Numbered from the stretch's first letter, positions 1-10,633 are shown. The stretch: DNA of 64,000 nt from an uncultured Clostridia bacterium (GCA_934748015.1 CAKVHF010000001.1:80918-144917); one strand, 5' to 3'. The notes: generated by a model not told the origin, from the sequence alone. Numbers and translations: made by a program.

Positions 1-594
1 GTTGGCATCGAGTACGATCCAAATAGATCAGCTTACATTGCACTTATTATGTATGCTGACGGCGTAAAGAATTATATCATTGCACCTAAGGGACTAAATG
101 TAGGTGACACCATTATGAGTGGTGCTACTGCAGAGATCAAAGTAGGTAACTGCTTGGAACTAAAGGATATGCCAGTTGGTGCAGTTATCCACAATATCGA
201 GTTGAACCCAGGTTGTGGTGCTCAAATCGTTAGATCTGCTGGTATGGAAGCTAGATTGATGGCTAAAGAGGGCAGATATGCAACAATCAAATTGCCTAGT
301 GGCGAAACAAGAAAAGTTCTATCTAATTGCCGTGCTACAATCGGTACAGTTGGTAACATCGAGCACGAGATTGTATCTCTAGGTAAGGCTGGTAGAGTTA
401 GACATATGGGAACTAGACCTACTGTAAGAGGTAGTGTTATGAACCCTAACGATCACCCTCATGGTGGTGGTGAAGGTAAGAGCCCAGTAGGTAGAAAATC
501 ACCTCTTACTCCTTGGGGCAAACCTGCATTGGGTAAGAAGACAAGAAATACTAAGAAGCATAGCAATAAACTTATTGTTAGCCGTGCTAAGTAG
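1..594 (+). CDS. rplB: 50S ribosomal protein L2 (5' end cut by window edge)
   Basis: Frame 1 is open from base 1 ([21 protein letters not shown]...), so the ATG at 49 in the ORF track is internal. L2 C-terminal signature [17 protein letters not shown]. Followed by rpsS in canonical S10-operon order. Confidence 0.95.
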   Translation, partial: VGIEYDPNRSAYIALIMYADGVKNYIIAPKGLNVGDTIMSGATAEIKVGNCLELKDMPVGAVIHNIELNPGCGAQIVRSAGMEARLMAKEGRYATIKLPSGETRKVLSNCRATIGTVGNIEHEIVSLGKAGRVRHMGTRPTVRGSVMNPNDHPHGGGEGKSPVGRKSPLTPWGKPALGKKTRNTKKHSNKLIVSRAK

Positions 595-603
595 GAGTGA
601 ATC

Positions 604-885
604 ATGAGTAGAAGTTTAAAGAAAAAACCTTATGTAGAAGAAAGATTAATGCAAAGAGTTTTGAAATTAAATAGCGAAGGTAAGAAACAAGTTTTGAAGA
701 CTTGGAGCAGATCATCAACTATTTATCCAGAATTCGTTGGTCACACAATCGCAGTTCACAATGGTATCAAACATATTCCTGTATACTGTACAATTGATAT
801 GATTGGTCACAAACTTGGTGAATTTGCACCTACTAGAACCTTTAGAGGTCATGGTAGTGATAAAAAAACTAAGGGCAAAAAATAG
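604..885 (+). CDS. rpsS: 30S ribosomal protein S19
   Basis: [11 protein letters not shown]...[39 protein letters not shown] upstream. Position between rplB and rplV. Confidence 0.95.
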   Translation: MSRSLKKKPYVEERLMQRVLKLNSEGKKQVLKTWSRSSTIYPEFVGHTIAVHNGIKHIPVYCTIDMIGHKLGEFAPTRTFRGHGSDKKTKGKK

Positions 886-897
886 GAGATAATCGAA

Positions 898-1290
898 ATG
901 GCAAAAAGAGTTAAAGAAAAAACTGCTAAGAGAAGAGAAAATAAAGATACTAGACCTTTTGCTACTGCTAGATATGTACGTATGGGTGCATCTAAGGCTA
1001 AGAGAGTTCTAGATCTTATCAAAGGCAAATCTTTTGTTGAAGCTTGTGCAATTTTGGATACAACTCCTAGCACTGCTAGTTTAGTTGTTAAAAAAGTTTT
1101 GGTTTCTGCCGGTGCCAATGCTGAAAACAATAAAGGTTTAAGTAGAGATTTACTATATGTATCAGAAGCTTATGCTAACCAAGGTCCATCTTTCAAGAGA
1201 GTTTCATTCCGTGGAAGAGGTGGAGTTGATACAATCATTAAGAGAACTTGTCACATCACTATAATACTAGACAGTTCTAAACAAAACTAA
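898..1290 (+). CDS. rplV: 50S ribosomal protein L22 (Lys/Arg-rich N-terminal extension)
   Basis: ARYVRMGASKAKRVLDLIKGKSFVEA...RTCHITIIL core. Operon position. Confidence 0.93.
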   Translation: MAKRVKEKTAKRRENKDTRPFATARYVRMGASKAKRVLDLIKGKSFVEACAILDTTPSTASLVVKKVLVSAGANAENNKGLSRDLLYVSEAYANQGPSFKRVSFRGRGGVDTIIKRTCHITIILDSSKQN

Positions 1291-1310
1291 TAAGGAGGAT
1301 TTGAAGCAAA

Positions 1311-1994
1311 ATGGGACAAAAAGTTAATCCACACGGCTTTAGAGTTGGTGTTAATAAAGATTGGAGTTCTTCTTGGATTGCAAATAAAAAAGAATTCTCC
1401 GAATATCTATTAGAAGATAACAAAATTAGAAAATATATTAACAAGAAACATGCTGGTTCTTCTGTATCTGATATTAAGATCGACAGAACTGCTAACAAAG
1501 TTAATATCGATATCTACACAGCTAGACCAGGTGTTATCATCGGTGCTAAGGGTGCAGGTGTTGAAGAATTAAAGAATGATATTGCTAAATTGGTTAACGG
1601 CAAGTACGTTAATATCAATATCAAAGAAGTTAAGAAACCTGATTTGGATGCTAACATAGTTGCACAAACAGTTGCTCAACAACTAGAGAAGAGAATGAGC
1701 TTCCGTAGAGCAATGAAGATGGCTATGCAAAGAGTTATGAGAGCAGGTGCTAAGGGTTGTAAAGTAATGGTAAGTGGTAGACTAGATGGTGCCGAAATCG
1801 CTAGAAGCGAGCATTATCACGAAGGTAGACTTCCTCTACACACTCTAAGAGCTGATATCGACTATGCAACTTGCGAAGCTCACACTACATTTGGTGTTAT
1901 TGGCGTTAAGGTATGGATCTGCAAGGGCGAAATCCTTAATAAAAAAGTTGTTGCACCTCAAGAAGACACAGTTGTTGAAGGAGGACAAGAATAA
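1311..1994 (+). CDS. rpsC: 30S ribosomal protein S3
   Basis: [14 protein letters not shown]... KH-domain N-terminus. Operon position. Confidence 0.96.
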   Translation: MGQKVNPHGFRVGVNKDWSSSWIANKKEFSEYLLEDNKIRKYINKKHAGSSVSDIKIDRTANKVNIDIYTARPGVIIGAKGAGVEELKNDIAKLVNGKYVNINIKEVKKPDLDANIVAQTVAQQLEKRMSFRRAMKMAMQRVMRAGAKGCKVMVSGRLDGAEIARSEHYHEGRLPLHTLRADIDYATCEAHTTFGVIGVKVWICKGEILNKKVVAPQEDTVVEGGQE

Positions 1995-2431
1995 TGTTAT
2001 TAATGCCTAGAAGAATTAAAAGAAGAAAACAATTTAGAGGAAGATTGACTGGTAAGGCTACTAGAGGTAACAAGATCGCTTACGGCGAATATGGTCTAGT
2101 TGCTATGGAGCCATGCTGGCTTACTACTAACCAAGTAGAAGCAGCCCGTGTAGCTATCAATAGATACACTAAGCGTGGTGGTAAGGTTTGGATCAACATC
2201 TTCCCAAATAAACCAGTTACAAAGAGACCTGCTGATACTCGTATGGGTAAAGGTAAAGGTAACCCAGAATATTGGGTAGTTACTATTAAGCCAGGCAGAG
2301 TACTATTTGAACTTGGTGGAGTTACCGAAGAACAAGCTAGAGAGGCTATGAGACTTGCTGCATACAAGTTGCCTATCAAGACTAAGTTCGTTAAGAAGGG
2401 TGAAGAAATACAAGAAGGTGGTATTGTTTAA
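1994..2431 (+). CDS. rplP: 50S ribosomal protein L16
   Basis: [17 protein letters not shown]... The ATG shares one base with the rpsC TAA stop. Confidence 0.95.
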   Translation: MLLMPRRIKRRKQFRGRLTGKATRGNKIAYGEYGLVAMEPCWLTTNQVEAARVAINRYTKRGGKVWINIFPNKPVTKRPADTRMGKGKGNPEYWVVTIKPGRVLFELGGVTEEQAREAMRLAAYKLPIKTKFVKKGEEIQEGGIV

Positions 2432-2637
2432 TGAAAGCTAAAGATTTTAAAGAAATGACAAACGAAGAACTAAACAAGAAGTTGAAAGAACTTAAGCAAG
2501 AATTGTTCAATCTTCGTTTCTCTAATGCAACCGGACAATTGACAAACCCAATGCAGATTAATGCCTGCAAAAAAGACATTGCAAGAGTTAAAACAGTATT
2601 AACTGAAAGAGAATTAAACAAAAAGGTTAATGCTTAA
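2431..2637 (+). CDS. rpmC: 50S ribosomal protein L29
   Basis: [35 protein letters not shown] overlap with the rplP stop. Confidence 0.93.
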   Translation: MKAKDFKEMTNEELNKKLKELKQELFNLRFSNATGQLTNPMQINACKKDIARVKTVLTERELNKKVNA

Positions 2638-2655
2638 TAGCTGGGGGAAGAGTTT

Positions 2656-2922
2656 ATGGAAAATAATACAGAAAGAAATTTAAGAAGAACTAAGATTGGT
2701 GTTGTTACCAGTAACAAAATGGACAAAACTATTACAGTTTCAGTTGTTTCTAACAAAAGACATCCTTTGTACAGCAAAGTATATAAGTCAACTAAGAAGT
2801 TTAAGGCTCATGATGAGAACAACGAGTGCAATATCGGTGATACTGTAGAAATTATGGAAACAAGACCACTTAGCAAAGACAAGTATTTCAGACTTGTAAG
2901 AATAATAGAAAGAGCAAAATAA
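2656..2922 (+). CDS. rpsQ: 30S ribosomal protein S17
   Basis: [21 protein letters not shown]...[25 protein letters not shown]. Operon position. Confidence 0.93.
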   Translation: MENNTERNLRRTKIGVVTSNKMDKTITVSVVSNKRHPLYSKVYKSTKKFKAHDENNECNIGDTVEIMETRPLSKDKYFRLVRIIERAK

Positions 2923-2935
2923 GGAGTAAAGGATT

Positions 2936-3304
2936 ATGGTACAACCTCAAACAATACTAAAAGTTGCTGATAATAGCGGTGCTAAGAAAATCATGTGTAT
3001 TAGAATTTTGGGTGGTTCATTTAGAAGAAGCGGTAGTGTTGGTGACATCATTATTGCATCTGTTAAATCTGCTACTCCAGGCGGTGCTGTTAAGAAAGGC
3101 GATGTTGTAAAAGCTGTTATCGTAAGAACTAACAAGAGCGTTTCAAGACCAGATGGTTCTTATATCAAATTTGATGATAACGCAGCAGTTATTATTGATA
3201 ACCAAAAGATGCCTAAAGGTACTCGTATCTTTGGACCTATCGCAAGAGAATTAAGAGACAAAGGCTTTATGAAAATAATTTCATTGGCTCCAGAAGTGTT
3301 ATAA
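2936..3304 (+). CDS. rplN: 50S ribosomal protein L14
   Basis: [27 protein letters not shown]... Confidence 0.96.
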   Translation: MVQPQTILKVADNSGAKKIMCIRILGGSFRRSGSVGDIIIASVKSATPGGAVKKGDVVKAVIVRTNKSVSRPDGSYIKFDDNAAVIIDNQKMPKGTRIFGPIARELRDKGFMKIISLAPEVL

Positions 3305-3322
3305 AAGGAAGGTAATTAATAT

Positions 3323-3823
3323 ATGTCATTACATGTAAAGAAAGGTGATAACGTAGTTGTTATCGCTGGTAAAGATAAGAACAAAACTGGTAATATTATT
3401 TCTGCTAACCCATCTGATAACACTGTTGTTGTTGCTGGTGTTAACATTATTGCTAAACATCAAAAACCTAAGAAAGCCGGTGAAAAAGGTGGCATTATGA
3501 AGCACGAAGGCAAAATTGATGCTTCTAATGTACAAATTATTTGCCCAGCATGTGGCAAGGCAACAAGAGTTGCTAACAAGTTGGATGGAGATAAGAAGAT
3601 CAGAACTTGTAAGAAGTGCGGTGCTTCTCTAGATGTTAAAGTTGCTAAAGAGACTAAGAAAGCTACTGCTACTAAAGAAACTACTAAGGCTGCAACTACT
3701 AAGAAGACAGCTACAACTAAGAAAGCTACTGCTACTAAGGAAGTAGAGAAAAAGACTGCTACTAAGTCAACTACTACTAAGACAGCAGCTAAGAAAACAA
3801 CTAAGAAAAGTGATAAGGAATAG
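3323..3823 (+). CDS. rplX: 50S ribosomal protein L24, long form (KOW + Cys4 ribbon + about 60-aa Lys/Thr/Ala tail)
   Basis: KOW motif [29 protein letters not shown]...CKKCG in the C-terminal half. Tail [29 protein letters not shown]... Operon position between rplN and rplE. Confidence 0.9.
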   Translation: MSLHVKKGDNVVVIAGKDKNKTGNIISANPSDNTVVVAGVNIIAKHQKPKKAGEKGGIMKHEGKIDASNVQIICPACGKATRVANKLDGDKKIRTCKKCGASLDVKVAKETKKATATKETTKAATTKKTATTKKATATKEVEKKTATKSTTTKTAAKKTTKKSDKE

Positions 3824-3834
3824 GAGGAATAAAG

Positions 3835-4389
3835 ATGGCAAAAGAAGTAAATAGATTAGTAGAAAAATACAACAAAGTCGTTGTTCCTGCTATTATGAAA
3901 GAGAAAGGTTATACTAACGTATACCAAGTTCCTAAGATCGAGAAGATCGTTGTTAACAGAGGTCTTGGTGATTGCAAAGACAATGCTCAGAGCTTCAACA
4001 AAGCTGTTGACGAACTTATGATTATCACTGGACAGAAGCCAATCGTTACTACTGCTAAGAAGTCTATTGCTAACTTCAAGGTTAGACAAGGTAACAAAAT
4101 TGGTGCTAAGGTTACTCTTAGAGGAACTAAAATGTATGAGTTTTTAGATAAAATTATATCTATCGCTCTACCACGTGTTAGAGACTTCCAAGGAATTTCT
4201 GACAAGGCGTTTGATGGTAGAGGTAACTATGCTCTTGGTCTTAAGGAACAATTGGTTTTCCCAGAGATTTCTTATGACAAGATTGACAAGATCAGAGGTC
4301 TTGATATCGTTATAGTTACTACAGCTAAAAATGATGAGGATGCAAAGCTATTACTAGAATATATGGGTTTGCCTTTCAGAAAGAGATAG
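3835..4389 (+). CDS. rplE: 50S ribosomal protein L5
   Basis: [18 protein letters not shown]...[11 protein letters not shown]. Operon position. Confidence 0.95.
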   Translation: MAKEVNRLVEKYNKVVVPAIMKEKGYTNVYQVPKIEKIVVNRGLGDCKDNAQSFNKAVDELMIITGQKPIVTTAKKSIANFKVRQGNKIGAKVTLRGTKMYEFLDKIISIALPRVRDFQGISDKAFDGRGNYALGLKEQLVFPEISYDKIDKIRGLDIVIVTTAKNDEDAKLLLEYMGLPFRKR

Positions 4390-4405
4390 GAGGGAAGTAT
4401 TTCGT

Positions 4406-4591
4406 ATGGCAAGAAAAGCATTAAAAGAAAAACAGAAAAAAGAACAAAAATATAGCACAAGAGAATACACAAGATGTAATATTTGTGGTCGTCCACACTC
4501 AGTTTTGAGAAAATATGGCATCTGCAGAGTATGCTTTAGAGAATTAGCATACAAAGGCGAAATCCCTGGTGTAAAGAAATCAAGTTGGTAA
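4406..4591 (+). CDS. rpsN: 30S ribosomal protein S14, short zinc-binding type (type Z)
   Basis: 61 aa. [23 protein letters not shown] (CxxC-x12-CxxC). Operon position between rplE and rpsH. Confidence 0.93.
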   Translation: MARKALKEKQKKEQKYSTREYTRCNICGRPHSVLRKYGICRVCFRELAYKGEIPGVKKSSW

Positions 4592-4607
4592 AAAGGAGAT
4601 AAATTTT

Positions 4608-5006
4608 ATGTATTTTACAGACCCAATAGCAGATATGCTAACAAGAATGAGAAATGCTCTTAGTGCAAAACATAAAAGTGTTTCCGTTCCCGCTTCAAAA
4701 ACAAAATTAGCTATTGCAGAATTGCTACTTAACGAAGGCTTCATCTCTTCTTATAAGGTTGAGGGCGAAGGTGTACAATCTAATATAGTTATCGAATTCA
4801 AATTCGGCCCTAAGGGTGAGAAAGTTATTAATGGCTTAAAGAGAATTTCTAAGCCAGGCTTAAGAATATACGCTAACGTTGAGGAGCTTCCAAGAGTTAT
4901 CAACGGATTAGGTATTGCGATCATTTCAACAAGCAAAGGACTTATGACAGACAAACAGGCTAGACAAGCAAATGTTGGCGGTGAAGTCTTGGCATATGTA
5001 TGGTAG
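4608..5006 (+). CDS. rpsH: 30S ribosomal protein S8
   Basis: [17 protein letters not shown]...GGEVLAYVW. Confidence 0.95.
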   Translation: MYFTDPIADMLTRMRNALSAKHKSVSVPASKTKLAIAELLLNEGFISSYKVEGEGVQSNIVIEFKFGPKGEKVINGLKRISKPGLRIYANVEELPRVINGLGIAIISTSKGLMTDKQARQANVGGEVLAYVW

Positions 5007-5015
5007 GAGGATATT

Positions 5016-5558
5016 ATGAGTAGAATAGGTAACAGAGTAATTACAATCCCTGCCGGAGTTAAAGTTGAGATCAATGGCGATCAATGTACAGTTACTGGTC
5101 CTCTAGGAACATTAACTAAGTATGTTGAGCCAAAATTAACATACAAACTAGATGGCAACACATTGACTATCCACAATGAGAATAGCCCTAAAGAAACTAA
5201 ATACAATGCTTATCACGGTCTATACAGACAGATCATCAATAACATGGTTGAGGGTGTAAGCAAAGGTTATGAGAAGAGATTGACAATCAACGGCGTTGGT
5301 TTCAAAGTAACTCAGAAAGGTCAAGACTTAGTACTTAACATTGGTTTCAGTCATCCAGTAGAAGTTAAAGCAGTTGCAGGTATCACACTATCTTGCGACA
5401 AGAATGAAATAATCGTAAAAGGTATTGACAAAGAATTGGTTGGTCAAGTAGCTTTGAAGATTAGAGATATTAAACCAGTTGAACCATATCACGCTTACGG
5501 TATCTACTACAGTAACGAAACTGTTGTTAGAAAAGAAGTTAAGAGTGGTAAGAAATAA
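5016..5558 (+). CDS. rplF: 50S ribosomal protein L6
   Basis: MSRIGNRVITIPAGVKVEI...GYEKRLTINGVGFK. Confidence 0.95.
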   Translation: MSRIGNRVITIPAGVKVEINGDQCTVTGPLGTLTKYVEPKLTYKLDGNTLTIHNENSPKETKYNAYHGLYRQIINNMVEGVSKGYEKRLTINGVGFKVTQKGQDLVLNIGFSHPVEVKAVAGITLSCDKNEIIVKGIDKELVGQVALKIRDIKPVEPYHAYGIYYSNETVVRKEVKSGKK

Positions 5559-5577
5559 TAAGGAGTGATTAGTTAAT

Positions 5578-5946
5578 ATGATTAACAAGATTGATAAAAA
5601 TGTTGAAAGAAAAGTAAGAGCAATCCGTGTTAGAAGTAAGATTAACGGAACTCAAGAAAGACCTAGACTTAATGTTTACAGAAGTCTTAATCAAATCTAT
5701 TGTCAAGTTATCGATGACTCCAAGGGTGTTACTATCGTAAGTGCTTCTACAATTGACAAGGATGTTGCAGAAGCAATCAAAGGTAAAACAAAACAAGAAT
5801 CAGCTTTCATAGTTGGGGAAACTGTAGCTAAAAAAGCAATCAAGAAAGGTGTTAAGTCTGTTGTATTTGACAGAGCAGGCTACATCTATACTGGTCGTAT
5901 TAAAGCTTTGGCTGATGGTGCCCGTAACGGTGGATTAGATTTTTAA
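5578..5946 (+). CDS. rplR: 50S ribosomal protein L18
   Basis: [33 protein letters not shown]...[26 protein letters not shown]. Confidence 0.94.
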   Translation: MINKIDKNVERKVRAIRVRSKINGTQERPRLNVYRSLNQIYCQVIDDSKGVTIVSASTIDKDVAEAIKGKTKQESAFIVGETVAKKAIKKGVKSVVFDRAGYIYTGRIKALADGARNGGLDF

Positions 5947-5957
5947 GGAGAAGGATA

Positions 5958-6506
5958 ATGCAAAATAACGAGAAAAAATCATTTGAGAAAAAATCATTTG
6001 ACCGTAAAGCTCCAAGAAGAGAAAAAGAAGTAGATCCAATTACTAGTAAGTTGGTTAACGTAAATCGTGTTACTAAGGTTGTTAAAGGTGGTAGAAATAT
6101 GAGATTTAGCGCCTTAGTAGTTGTTGGAGACAAAGACGGTAGAGTAGGTCTTGGTAGCGGTAAAGCAGCTGAAGTTCCTAACGCAATTGAGAAAGCAACT
6201 GCTATTGCTAAGAAGAAAATGGTAAAAGTTTCTAGAGAAGGAACAACCATTCCACACGAAGTTGTTGGTAAGTTTGGTACAAGCATGGTTAAATTGCTTC
6301 CAGCCCCAGAAGGTACAGGTGTTATCGCTGGTGGTTCAGTAAGACCAGTAGTTGAGCTATGCGGTATTAAAGATATCACAGCTAAATCCTATGGTTCAAG
6401 AAATAAGATCAACTGTGTTAAGGCTACTCTTGATGCATTGATGCAATTAAGAACTAAGGAAGAAGTTGCAGCCCTAAGAGGTAAAACTGTTGAGGAAATT
6501 TTATAA
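5958..6506 (+). CDS. rpsE: 30S ribosomal protein S5 (with N-terminal extension carrying a tandem [10 protein letters not shown] duplication)
   Basis: [24 protein letters not shown]...[13 protein letters not shown]. Confidence 0.95.
   Translation: MQNNEKKSFEKKSFDRKAPRREKEVDPITSKLVNVNRVTKVVKGGRNMRFSALVVVGDKDGRVGLGSGKAAEVPNAIEKATAIAKKKMVKVSREGTTIPHEVVGKFGTSMVKLLPAPEGTGVIAGGSVRPVVELCGIKDITAKSYGSRNKINCVKATLDALMQLRTKEEVAALRGKTVEEIL
5970..5999 (+). repeat. Perfect in-frame 15-bp tandem duplication (gagaaaaaatcattt x2) inside rpsE codons 5-14
   Basis: 5970-5984 and 5985-5999 are identical by direct reading. Codon-aligned to the rpsE start at 5958 and translates to [10 protein letters not shown]. 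Confidence 0.9.
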
Positions 6507-6524
6507 TTTTAAGGAGATTTAATC

Positions 6525-6776
6525 ATGGCAGAAGAAAAGAAAACAAAATCAACTGTTAAGAAAGCTACTACTAAATCTTCTAAAACAGTTGCAAACAAAA
6601 AAGTAAGAGTTACTCTAATTAAGAGTACTATCGGTTATAACAAGGACCAAGCTAGAACTGCTAAAGCTCTAGGTCTTGGCAAAATTAATTCATCAAACGA
6701 ACTACCTGATAATGATGCTGTTAGAGGCATGATTTTCAAAATCAAACACTTGGTTCGTGTTGAGAATATTGATTAG
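6525..6776 (+). CDS. rpmD: 50S ribosomal protein L30 (about 25-aa Lys-rich N-terminal extension)
   Basis: VRVTLIKSTIGYNKDQARTAKALGLGKINS...MIFKIKHLV core. Operon position between rpsE and rplO. Confidence 0.88.
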   Translation: MAEEKKTKSTVKKATTKSSKTVANKKVRVTLIKSTIGYNKDQARTAKALGLGKINSSNELPDNDAVRGMIFKIKHLVRVENID

Positions 6777-6787
6777 GAGGTTACTTT

Positions 6788-7234
6788 ATGAAATTACATC
6801 AATTAGCTCCTGCACCTAATTCAACTTTTGCTAACAAAAGATTGGGTAGAGGTATCGGTTCTGGTCTAGGCAAGACTGCCGGAAAAGGTACTAAAGGTCA
6901 AAACTCAAGAAGTGGTGGTGGCGTTAGACCAGGATTTGAAGGTGGTCAAATGCCATTGACAAGAAGACTTCCAAGAAGAGGCTTTAACAATAAAAATTTC
7001 AAAGAAGTTTATAACATTATCAATGTTTCTGATCTTGAGAAATTTAAGGAAAATTCAGTTATAAACATCGAATTCTTGCAAGAGAAAAATATTATAAGTA
7101 AAGTTGCCCCTTATGGTTTAAAAGTATTGGGAAATGGAAATATCACTAAACCTTTTACAGTTCAAGCAAAGAAGTTTTCTGAAAACGCAATACAAAAAAT
7201 CGTTAACGCAGGTGGCAAGATCGAGGTGCTATAA
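6788..7234 (+). CDS. rplO: 50S ribosomal protein L15
   Basis: MKLHQLAPAPNS...GRGIGSGLGKTAGKGTKGQNSRSGGGVRPGFEGGQMPL. Confidence 0.94.
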   Translation: MKLHQLAPAPNSTFANKRLGRGIGSGLGKTAGKGTKGQNSRSGGGVRPGFEGGQMPLTRRLPRRGFNNKNFKEVYNIINVSDLEKFKENSVINIEFLQEKNIISKVAPYGLKVLGNGNITKPFTVQAKKFSENAIQKIVNAGGKIEVL

Positions 7235-8541
7235 TGTTTAAAAGACTTGTAGATGCCTTTAAAGATAAAGAACTAAGAAAAAAGATTTTTATTACAATCG
7301 GTCTTGTTCTTATATACAGATTGGGTTGCTGGATTGTTGTTCCAGGTCTTAACCCAACTGCATTTAAGGAGAGCCTAGGTGTAGGTGATGAACTTACATT
7401 TATGACACTTCTTAACTCAATTAGTGGTGGTGCATTGGCCAACGGTGCAATATTTGCATTGGGCGTTTCGCCATACATTAGTTCATCAATTATAATTCAG
7501 TTATTAACATTGGTTATCCCAGGACTTCAGAGACTATCTCGTCTAGGAGAAGAGGGAAAACAAAAAATGTCTACTTATACTAAGTATTGTGCATTGGTTC
7601 TTGCAACAATACAGGCAGTAGCAATTGTTCTATCATATCAGTCTATTATCAATACTGAGATTGGACCAGCTTGGTTGATTTCTATCATGGTTGTTCTTAT
7701 CTTAGTTGCAGGCTCTATGGGAACATATTGGCTAGGTGAGAAGATCACCGAGGCTGGAGTAAGTAATGGTTTGTCACTACTTATCTTCGTAGGTATCCTA
7801 TCTACATTTGGCAATAGTCTATATAATACTCTATTTGCTGCTAATGGCTTATTTAACGGCAATCTTCACCAATTAGTTAATATTGCTTACTTCCTAGTTG
7901 CATTGATTGTTATCTTTGGTTTTATCGTATTTATGGATCAAGCCGAGAGAAAAATCCCTGTACAATATGCTAAGCAAATCAAGGGTAGAAAAATGTATGG
8001 TGGTCAAAGCACATATATTCCAGTAAAAGTTAATTCTACTGGTGTTATGCCAATCATCTTTGCCATGACATTCATTTCTCTTCCACAAATTCTTATAAGC
8101 TTATTTGCTCCAAACTCTCAGAGTGGCTTCTCTAAGTTTATTAACCAATATATTGGTACTCAGAGTTGGTTGTACTTCATTTTAATGGCAATATTCATTA
8201 TTGGATTTGCTTATTTCTGGGCACAAATTACATTTAACCCAGTTGATATCTCTAAGAATATCCAACAAAATGGTGGCTTTATTCCAGGTATCAGACCAGG
8301 TAAAGCAACTGCAGATTATTTGAAGAAAATCTCCAACCGTATAACCCTATTTGGTGCTATATTCTTAGCCCTTATAGCAATGATCCCAAGTTTGATCTTT
8401 AAGATCATCGGTGATGGTACATTGGTTACAGCGTTCAGCGCAACTGGTCTACTAATCGTAGTTTCTGTTGCAATCGAACTTGACAAGCAGTTGGAAGCTC
8501 AAATGCTTATGAAGAATTACAAAGGTTTCTTAAATAAATAA
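7234..8541 (+). CDS. secY: Preprotein translocase subunit SecY
   Basis: 435 aa, about 10 hydrophobic segments. KELRKKIFITIGLVLIYRLG...GVSPYISSSIIIQLL. TAATG overlap with rplO. Canonical position after rplO. Confidence 0.95.
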   Translation: MFKRLVDAFKDKELRKKIFITIGLVLIYRLGCWIVVPGLNPTAFKESLGVGDELTFMTLLNSISGGALANGAIFALGVSPYISSSIIIQLLTLVIPGLQRLSRLGEEGKQKMSTYTKYCALVLATIQAVAIVLSYQSIINTEIGPAWLISIMVVLILVAGSMGTYWLGEKITEAGVSNGLSLLIFVGILSTFGNSLYNTLFAANGLFNGNLHQLVNIAYFLVALIVIFGFIVFMDQAERKIPVQYAKQIKGRKMYGGQSTYIPVKVNSTGVMPIIFAMTFISLPQILISLFAPNSQSGFSKFINQYIGTQSWLYFILMAIFIIGFAYFWAQITFNPVDISKNIQQNGGFIPGIRPGKATADYLKKISNRITLFGAIFLALIAMIPSLIFKIIGDGTLVTAFSATGLLIVVSVAIELDKQLEAQMLMKNYKGFLNK

Positions 8542-8558
8542 TAAAGGTAGATAAAATA

Positions 8559-9197
8559 ATGATTATTTCTATGTTAGGTGCTCCAGGTTGTGGTAAAGGT
8601 ACACAAGCTAAGAAGTTGAGTGCAAAATACAATATTCCTCATATCTCAACTGGAGATATATTCCGTAAAGCAATTGCTGAAGGAACAGAAATGGGCAAAC
8701 TTGCTCAAAAATATATGAGCAAACTTGTTCCAGACGAAATAGTAATTAAATTAGTTGAAGAGAGATTAAGTCAGCCAGATTGTGCCAATGGTGTAATCTT
8801 TGATGGTTTTCCAAGAACAGTTAATCAGGCTGAGGAATATCTTAAGAGTGGAAAATTAGACAAGGTTATATATTTCGACATCGATGAAGAGGTGGTTGTT
8901 AATCGTATTCTTAATCGTAGAACTTGCAAAGAGTGTGGTGAGATATATAGCACAGAAACTTATAATCAACCAACCTGTGCTAAGTGCGGAGGCGAGTTGA
9001 TTGTAAGAAGTGAGGATAGCAATATAAGAGAAAGAATTAATACTTATAATGCAGAAACATATCCTCTTGTAGAATATTTTAAGAAGAAAGATTTGCTATT
9101 TGAAGTTAATACTAGAAATTTTGCTAGTAGCAAGCCAGAAGAGCAAATTCAAGAAACGTATAACAAAATAACAAGTGAGTTAGATAAACTTTTATGA
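8559..9197 (+). CDS. adk: Adenylate kinase (Cys4 zinc lid form)
   Basis: P-loop LGAPGCGKGTQ. ISTGDIFR. Lid CKECGEIY...CAKCGGEL. Confidence 0.95.
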   Translation: MIISMLGAPGCGKGTQAKKLSAKYNIPHISTGDIFRKAIAEGTEMGKLAQKYMSKLVPDEIVIKLVEERLSQPDCANGVIFDGFPRTVNQAEEYLKSGKLDKVIYFDIDEEVVVNRILNRRTCKECGEIYSTETYNQPTCAKCGGELIVRSEDSNIRERINTYNAETYPLVEYFKKKDLLFEVNTRNFASSKPEEQIQETYNKITSELDKLL

Positions 9198-9937
9198 TAA
9201 AATTGAAATCAGAAAAAGATTTAGAGATTATGCGTATTGCGTGCGAAATAACTCGTGATACACTTGATTATTTGAAGTCTAAAGTTAGAGTTGGCATTAC
9301 AACTAAGGAACTAGATAAGTTAGCGTATGATTATATCAGAAGTCGTGGGGCGAAACCATCTTTCTTAGGATATGGTGGTTTCCCTGCAACCATCTGCACA
9401 TCTATTAATTCGGTTGTTGTGCATGGTATACCAGATGATACTGTCCTACAAGACGGCGATATCATTAGTATCGACTGCGGTGCTTATTACAAAGGTTTCC
9501 ATGGTGATGCAGCTCGTACTTATACAGTAGGTAAGGTCAGTCCTAAGGTCAGAAGGCTAATAAAAGTAACAGAGCAAAGTTTCTTTGAGGGTATTAAGGG
9601 ACTTAAGGCTGGTGCTTTTGTTGGTGACATTTCTAATAGAGTTCAGACTTATGTAGAGAAAAATGGATATTCGGTAGTAAGAGAATTGGTCGGTCATGGC
9701 ATAGGTCATGAAATGCATGAAGATCCGATGGTGCCTAACTATGGCAGAGCAGGTAGTGGTATTAAGCTTAATGCTGGTGCAACTATCGCAATTGAACCTA
9801 TGGTTAATATGGGTGATAAGAAGGTCGTGTTCCTAAGTGATGGATGGACATGCAAGACCAAAGATGATTTGCCAGCAGCACATTATGAGAATACTGTGCT
9901 AATAACCGAAAATGGTGTTGAAATTTTAACTTTATAG
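9194..9937 (+). CDS. map: Type I methionine aminopeptidase
   Basis: ATGA overlap with adk. VVHGIP...ISIDCGAYYKGFHGDAARTY...GHGIGHEMHE...AIEPM...HYENTVLIT metal-ligand pattern. Confidence 0.94.
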   Translation: MIKLKSEKDLEIMRIACEITRDTLDYLKSKVRVGITTKELDKLAYDYIRSRGAKPSFLGYGGFPATICTSINSVVVHGIPDDTVLQDGDIISIDCGAYYKGFHGDAARTYTVGKVSPKVRRLIKVTEQSFFEGIKGLKAGAFVGDISNRVQTYVEKNGYSVVRELVGHGIGHEMHEDPMVPNYGRAGSGIKLNAGATIAIEPMVNMGDKKVVFLSDGWTCKTKDDLPAAHYENTVLITENGVEILTL

Positions 9938-9956
9938 AAGAGTAGGTATTAGTAAT

Positions 9957-10211
9957 ATGCAAAATGTCGAAAAAGGACTAATTGTACGCACGATTTCAGG
10001 TCACGACAAAAATGAGGTTTTTATTGTGATTGATATGGATGGCAGACATGCATATTTGTCCAATGGCAAAAATAGACCTTTCGATAACCCCAAGAAGAAA
10101 AATATTAAACATATTATAAAAGTGGGCTTGTCAAAGGAAATATTAGACTTAATAAATAATAAAAAATTAGACAATTCACATATAATTAGAGTTTTAAAAG
10201 ATTTTAGATAA
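9957..10211 (+). CDS. Small KOW-domain-like protein of unknown function, between map and infA
   Basis: 84 aa. [19 protein letters not shown] resembles a KOW motif. I recall a small ORF at this position in many Clostridia-type spc operons; that recollection was not searched. Confidence 0.6.
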   Translation: MQNVEKGLIVRTISGHDKNEVFIVIDMDGRHAYLSNGKNRPFDNPKKKNIKHIIKVGLSKEILDLINNKKLDNSHIIRVLKDFR

Positions 10212-10224
10212 GGGGGCTGTTATT

Positions 10225-10467
10225 TTGTCAAAACAAGATGTTATTGAAACAGAGGGCGTTGTTGTAGAAGTTTTACGAAATGCTAATTTCAAGGTAAAAT
10301 TGCCTAACGGATATATCATTACGGCATATCTATCAGGCAAGTTGCACTTGAACAATATAAGGATATTGGTTGGCGATAGTGTCAAGGTAGAGATGTCCTT
10401 GTATGATCTAACTAAGGGCCGAATAATTTGGCGTAATAAACAACAAAAAACTGAGGAGAATAATTAA
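10225..10467 (+). CDS. infA: Translation initiation factor IF-1 (TTG start, short C-terminal extension)
   Basis: [39 protein letters not shown]...[29 protein letters not shown] 6-10 nt upstream of the TTG. Confidence 0.93.
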   Translation: MSKQDVIETEGVVVEVLRNANFKVKLPNGYIITAYLSGKLHLNNIRILVGDSVKVEMSLYDLTKGRIIWRNKQQKTEENN

Positions 10468-10468
10468 A

Positions 10469-10585
10469 ATGAAAGTAAGACCATCAGTAAAGAAAATGTG
10501 TGATAATTGTAAAATCATCAAAAGAGATGGAACTGTAATGGTTATATGCTCTAAATATCCTAAACACAAACAAAGACAAGGCTAA
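10469..10585 (+). CDS. rpmJ: 50S ribosomal protein L36 (zinc-binding form). Not in the supplied ORF track because it is under 60 aa.
   Basis: Hand-translated: [38 protein letters not shown], then stop. GAGGAG RBS at 10452-10457. Canonical position after infA. Confidence 0.92.
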   Translation: MKVRPSVKKMCDNCKIIKRDGTVMVICSKYPKHKQRQG

Positions 10586-10610
10586 AAACTAGTAATAGTT
10601 TTTGCTTTTT
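10584..10610 (+). terminator. Weak A/U-rich hairpin plus U-tract after rpmJ
   Basis: aaaaacta / tagttttt 8-bp stem with a 4-nt loop, followed by gcttttt. The all-A/T stem makes it a weak candidate. Confidence 0.3.
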
Positions 10611-10633
10611 GTTGTTATTCTTTGTGTATAGTA

